IMG/VR virus record: IMGVR_UViG_3300009425_000016
Location: 55,185-75,184 of that record
Reading direction: 5' to 3' (one strand)
Source of the DNA: an uncultured virus (IMG/VR IMGVR_UViG_3300009425_000016)
Lineage: Duplodnaviria > Heunggongvirae > Uroviricota > Caudoviricetes
DNA length: 20,000 nucleotides
This document shows positions 16,476 to 20,000 of this stretch, one piece after another. Each line of letters begins with the position of its first letter. Within the stretch, counting starts at the first letter, position 1. The notes below the pieces were generated by a model. That model saw only the letters and a list, made by a program, of their open reading frames with translations, was not told the origin of the DNA and ran no database searches. Made by a program: the position numbers and the translations under genes.

Positions 16476-17381
16476 TTATGCCGCGGTTTCAGCTAATTTC
16501 TGAAAATACGTCAATGATTCATCATTTTCATCTTCAGCTGTTGTAACACTTTCAACAACAGGTTCTACGTGTGGAGTGGTCATAGGTTTACCACCATCAA
16601 AGGGAGGTTCACTTACTGGAACAACTGATTCTGATTGTGCACCAAGAACTCTATCAAGTCTGGACTTCAATTCAGAAAATTCCTTAAATCTATTATCAGC
16701 TGTAAATTCAGAAAGTGGAAATTCTTTCTTCCAAAGTTCTTCTAGTTTTTCATCCGCACCTTCAAACAATGGTGAAACTGAATCAAACTCGGATTTATCA
16801 AAATTATTAAATCCATCTACCTTACGAATCTTCAAACGAAAGTTCGCTCCTTCCCAAAGATCAAAAGGATTAATAGGATTTTCATCTTCAAATTGTGGAT
16901 TCATTTGATCATTGATTTTATCAAAAATCTTCTTACCATATTTGAAAAGTTTAAGTTCTCCCTCATTTTGAGGATTGGCGGGATCTTTGAGAACTAAAAT
17001 ATTTGACATATAAACAAGACGCCGCTTTTGTTTGCGAGCGATTTCCTTATTTGCCTCAATTCCAGAATTCCAAAGTGAGGAATTATATTCACATACTGGA
17101 CACTTTTTTCCAATAGTAGTTGGACATTCCTCAATGTACCATCCACCAACACCTTGAAATCCATGATTCCAAGTTTTTGCCCACGGCAGATCTTCTCCTG
17201 TTGGTGCTGGGAGAAACCGGGTAACAGCATATCCATTACCAGATTTATCAAGTTCCGCTTTCCACATACGAGTGTCTTCCGCGAAACCCTTTGAACTATC
17301 TGCTTGTTCTTGTAGTTTTTTATTGATTTTGTCAATTGACTTTTGACGTGACTTTTTTAGATCAGAAAATGATTGTGACAT
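16476..17381 (-). CDS. gp32: Single-stranded DNA-binding protein gp32
   Basis: DTRMWKAELDKSGNGYAVTRFLPAP, Zn site HGFQ...CPTTIGKKCPVCE, KYGKKIFDKI, NPFDLWEGANFRLK, acidic tail. Confidence 0.98.
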   Translation of the reverse strand: MSQSFSDLKKSRQKSIDKINKKLQEQADSSKGFAEDTRMWKAELDKSGNGYAVTRFLPAPTGEDLPWAKTWNHGFQGVGGWYIEECPTTIGKKCPVCEYNSSLWNSGIEANKEIARKQKRRLVYMSNILVLKDPANPQNEGELKLFKYGKKIFDKINDQMNPQFEDENPINPFDLWEGANFRLKIRKVDGFNNFDKSEFDSVSPLFEGADEKLEELWKKEFPLSEFTADNRFKEFSELKSRLDRVLGAQSESVVPVSEPPFDGGKPMTTPHVEPVVESVTTAEDENDESLTYFQKLAETAA

Positions 17382-17442
17382 CTTATATCCTTATATTTTT
17401 ATGGTTAACATTATATTTCATCTGATTCGCACTATACATACT

Positions 17443-17471
17443 ATTATACACTATTTATCATCCCATGTCAA
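17443..17471 (-). promoter_or_regulatory. Perfect sigma70 promoter (TTGACA-N17-TATAAT) upstream of gp32, with a late-type ATAAATA box in its spacer
   Basis: Minus strand TTGACA (17471-17466), spacer tgggatgataaatagtg (17 nt), TATAAT (17448-17443); ATAAATA at 17458-17452. Confidence 0.85.
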
Positions 17472-18105
17472 GCCCCCCCTTCATTATTTTTTTGAATTTA
17501 GAAATATCATCTATTTTTAGAAAAGGTTCATATTTAATCATCAGACGATAAACATCTGGCCAAACTACTTTATCTAAAATACCTTTATTCCAAAAATCTG
17601 TAAATTGTAAAATTTTATCCATTATAATTGCTGATTCTATATTGATTCTTTTTCCTAATATCTCTTCTAATAAAATTGGGTGTTGTCCTTCTTCAACAGT
17701 AAATATTCTATTAAATCCCAACTGTAATCCCAATTCTCTATTGTTAAAATTCTCAATTAGAGATCTTAACTCATTTATATCTTGAGTAAATTGATATGTT
17801 AATGATTCAATTTTATTCTTCCATTTATTATGAGTTCTTTTCGCGTCATCACCATACATTTCTCCAACCCACATATCAGAATTATAAACAAAATTGGAAA
17901 CCAAAAATCCTTCAACTTCTTCATGTTTTCTTAATTCTTTGGCGAGATTTTCAAAAAAATACTTATCATTTCTATTTTGATAAGTAGTATATCTTGCAGA
18001 AACACCTCTATTCTTAAAAGAATAATTAAAATAATTGTATCTATCTGAATTAAAGTGTCTTTTTAGTGCAAGATAAGTTTTATATACATCAAAACCCCTT
18101 AACAT
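17458..18105 (-). CDS. gp59: Helicase loader gp59
   Basis: GFDVYKTYLALKRHF...YNYFNY, RNDKYFFENLAK, FLVSNF, HPILL, KYEPFL; directly upstream of gp32. Confidence 0.93.
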   Translation of the reverse strand: MLRGFDVYKTYLALKRHFNSDRYNYFNYSFKNRGVSARYTTYQNRNDKYFFENLAKELRKHEEVEGFLVSNFVYNSDMWVGEMYGDDAKRTHNKWKNKIESLTYQFTQDINELRSLIENFNNRELGLQLGFNRIFTVEEGQHPILLEEILGKRINIESAIIMDKILQFTDFWNKGILDKVVWPDVYRLMIKYEPFLKIDDISKFKKIMKGGLDMG

Positions 18106-18107
18106 AA

Positions 18108-18602
18108 TTAAAATTTAGATATAAATCTTGCTATAGGTTGGACAAAGGGAAGTAAGGCAATCGCCATAAGAGCATTCACTCCTGTATGTACCATCGCAAT
18201 TTGTTTGGTGATTCCTACGGGCATTCCGTCGCTGACCAGAATACCAGCCAGCCAGATAGTTCCAGTAGTACCAATGTTGGCTCCCAATACGGCTGCAATC
18301 GCTGATGGTAAAGGTAAAGCACCAGATGCAACAAGTCCGATGATAGCTGTGGTAGAAAGTGAGGAAGATTGCCAAAGGAGGGTACATACAATTGCTCCAG
18401 AGAACATCCAGTAAGGGTTTCCAAGAAAAACCTCAAGGTGTTCTAATTTGCCCATTGTCTTCATTCCACCGCTGAACATCTTTAGACCAATATAGAAGAT
18501 GACAAGACCCAATAGTGTCTGAAAAATTGGATTATTAAACTCCATAAGATTTCCTTTTTTATATTTCCACGAATCGTAAAGTTGTCTATCTTTCTTTTTC
18601 AT
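18108..18602 (-). CDS. Na+/phosphate cotransporter family protein (single Na_Pi_cotrans repeat); alternative start at 18545
   Basis: GLVIFYIGLKMFSGGMK, TLLWQSSSLSTTAIIGLVASG and AIAAVLGANIGTT are signature motifs of the SLC34/NptA/YjbB family. Confidence 0.9.
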   Translation of the reverse strand: MKKKDRQLYDSWKYKKGNLMEFNNPIFQTLLGLVIFYIGLKMFSGGMKTMGKLEHLEVFLGNPYWMFSGAIVCTLLWQSSSLSTTAIIGLVASGALPLPSAIAAVLGANIGTTGTIWLAGILVSDGMPVGITKQIAMVHTGVNALMAIALLPFVQPIARFISKF

Positions 18603-18844
18603 TAAATCGGAAGTTTGGATGTCTTAGGAAAGAAATTCAATTTTTCTGCATCATCTCTAAGTCGTTCTTTATTTTCAGCACTAAGTAAGGCCTTAATTGT
18701 TTCTGCTTCAAGATTATTCTCTTCACAATAACATAAAATAGCATCTAAATAATTCATATTTTTAGAGACATTTACCAAATGAGTTATTCTTTCATTAAAT
18801 GCTGCTCTATCATTAATATTAAGCATATTCTTTTTTTTATTCAC
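18602..18844 (-). CDS. gp33: Late transcription coactivator gp33
   Basis: MNYLDAILCYCEENNLEAE...KERLRDDAEKLNFFPKTSKLPI; position upstream of 59-32. The start may be the ATG at 18826. Confidence 0.92.
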   Translation of the reverse strand: MNKKKNMLNINDRAAFNERITHLVNVSKNMNYLDAILCYCEENNLEAETIKALLSAENKERLRDDAEKLNFFPKTSKLPI

Positions 18845-19230
18845 ACGGTAATTCCGTTTTTGTTCCTATAATCTGCGATTGCTCCCTTAATAGCATCTTC
18901 CGCCAATACAGAGCAATGTATCTTGACAGGGGGAAGAGAAAGTTCTTTAACGATGACTGTATTTTGAATTGAGTGTGCTTCATCCAATGACTTGCCCTTA
19001 ACCCATTCAGTTGCCAATGAAGAACTCGCAATTGCAGATCCGCAACCAAAAGTTTTAAATTTGGCATCGACAATTTTTTCATTTTCATCTACCTCTATTT
19101 GAAGTTTCATAACATCCCCACACTCTGGAGCACCCACAAGACCAGTACCGACCCTATTACTCCCACTATCCATACTACCAACATTTCTCGGTTTCTCATA
19201 ATGCTCTATTACCTTATCTGAATATGCCAT
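18841..19230 (-). CDS. iscU: Fe-S cluster assembly scaffold IscU (auxiliary metabolic gene)
   Basis: MAYSDKVIEHYEKPRNVG, GAPECGDVMKLQI, DAKFKTFGCGSAIASSS, LPPVKIHCSVLAEDAIK: three Cys ligands, conserved Asp and His, and the LPPVK chaperone-binding motif. Confidence 0.98.
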   Translation of the reverse strand: MAYSDKVIEHYEKPRNVGSMDSGSNRVGTGLVGAPECGDVMKLQIEVDENEKIVDAKFKTFGCGSAIASSSLATEWVKGKSLDEAHSIQNTVIVKELSLPPVKIHCSVLAEDAIKGAIADYRNKNGITV

Positions 19231-19232
19231 AA

Positions 19233-19595
19233 TTAGGTTCCTTGTATATCTGCTGATTCTTTTTGTTCTGGATCATCTTTATCTTTAAACCAATAATCCG
19301 TTGCCTTCGCGAGCACCGCCACATATGCACCAACCATGATATTGATTAAGTCCCTTGACTCAGCCGGTAATGCTCCGAAAAATAATAACCATACTAAAAA
19401 CAAAAAAGTCATAACTATAATCATGGACAACGAAAATCGTGCCCACCAATTCAACTTCTTTCTTGTTTCAATTTTCTCATATCTCAATGCTTCCATCGGA
19501 TTAGTCTCCCATAATTTTTCTTCTTGTTTTTCAATCATTTCTAATGAAGTATTAATTTTTCCATCACCTAATTTCTCTCTGGTTCTTTTATTCAC
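19233..19595 (-). CDS. Hypothetical membrane protein with two predicted TM helices (possibly holin-like)
   Basis: GTG start overlapping the upstream TGA. Hydrophobic segments FSLSMIIVMTFLFLVWLLFFG and LINIMVGAYVAVLA; charged termini. Confidence 0.65.
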   Translation of the reverse strand: MNKRTREKLGDGKINTSLEMIEKQEEKLWETNPMEALRYEKIETRKKLNWWARFSLSMIIVMTFLFLVWLLFFGALPAESRDLINIMVGAYVAVLAKATDYWFKDKDDPEQKESADIQGT

Positions 19596-19741
19596 TTCCC
19601 TTGTCCTCTATACGCTTTCCAGCACTTTCGTTTATGTTTATTTGTTGGTCTGGAATTTTTAGATTTACCTATACTAGTCCGCTTCGGTGTTTCCTTGGAT
19701 TTCTTTACATGTACTAATCCGTATGCTGTTCTTTTAGCCAT
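19592..19741 (-). CDS. Small basic hypothetical protein, 49 aa (MAKRTAYGLVHVKKSKETPKRTSIGKSKNSRPTNKHKRKCWKAYRGQGK)
   Basis: Manual translation, below the ORF-track cutoff. Abuts the upstream TAA and overlaps the downstream GTG (GTGA). I recall the KRTSIG...YRGQGK ending from small aquatic-phage proteins. Confidence 0.8.
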   Translation of the reverse strand: MAKRTAYGLVHVKKSKETPKRTSIGKSKNSRPTNKHKRKCWKAYRGQGK

Positions 19742-19999
19742 TTAATCGTCATCCAGCTGTAATAATTCATGAACTCCTTGTTCTGCTAGAAGTAAACGAT
19801 TTTTCCAATGTTCTCCTTCAACATCATCTTTATTCTGTCCATGATAACCAACAGCATAACCACTTTCACACATCCACTTGTTTATATTTGTCCATCCACC
19901 AAACTCATGTCCATCTTCTGTACAATTTATCCAAAGTTCGCCTAATACTCTGCCGAACTTACCTCTACTATCTGATTCTGGACATCGACATTGAATTTC
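19742..19999 (-). CDS. Thermonuclease/SNase-like nuclease, C-terminal part (5' end outside the window)
   Basis: Manual translation ...DSRGKFGRVLGELW...NINKWMCESGYAVGYHGQNK...; matches the SNase DKYGRxL and NxxLVxxGxA motifs. Confidence 0.75.
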   Translation of the reverse strand, partial: EIQCRCPESDSRGKFGRVLGELWINCTEDGHEFGGWTNINKWMCESGYAVGYHGQNKDDVEGEHWKNRLLLAEQGVHELLQLDDD

Positions 20000-20000
20000 A

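Noticed and set aside
14672..17987. ORFs 14672-15481, 15770-16003, 16576-16908, 16994-17335 and 17796-17987
   Set aside because: Antisense or off-frame overlaps of the tape measure, gp32 and gp59; the 269-aa one mirrors Gly/Ala codons.
18830..18838. A_AAA_AAG heptamer at the gp33 5' end (minus strand)
   Set aside because: It lies after the iscU stop and possibly upstream of the true gp33 start (18826); no meaningful fusion product.
18115..19662. Alternative-frame ORFs within the Na/Pi, iscU and membrane-protein genes
   Set aside because: Nested in genes with clear motifs; no independent support.
1..20000. Stop-codon reassignment, introns/inteins, tRNAs, CRISPR arrays, DGR repeats
   Set aside because: Core genes are full-length in the standard code with dense packing. 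No such elements were seen by eye, although no covariance-model or repeat search was run.

Overview
A 20-kb segment of an AT-rich T4-like myophage genome (T4 superfamily, probably marine or aquatic, standard genetic code). The left arm (minus strand) is a baseplate operon: gp48, gp53, gp27-like hub, and a gp5 spike without a recognisable lysozyme domain. It continues into four unassigned, tightly coupled genes (160 aa, 854 aa, 51 aa, and a >1076-aa ORF running off the left edge that the ORF track missed). A divergent plus-strand block holds gp4, gp2, gp54-like, gp26, gp51 and a probable tape measure. The right arm (minus strand) holds an SNase-like nuclease (partial), a 49-aa basic YRGQGK protein, a 2-TM protein, iscU, gp33, a Na/Pi cotransporter half-domain, gp59 and gp32. 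Main observations: (1) an in-frame U_UUU_UUA slippery site at the end of gp26 would fuse it by -1 frameshift to a gp51 frame lacking a convincing start codon, directly upstream of the tape measure (lambda G/GT-like arrangement); (2) the gene after gp5 has three ungapped 50-residue repeats and may be a non-PAAR pseudo-trimeric spike-tip adaptor heading an undescribed tail-tip module; (3) auxiliary metabolic genes (iscU, single-repeat Na/Pi transporter) sit inside the core 33-59-32 cluster. All family assignments come from motif recognition and synteny by eye; no database search was run.
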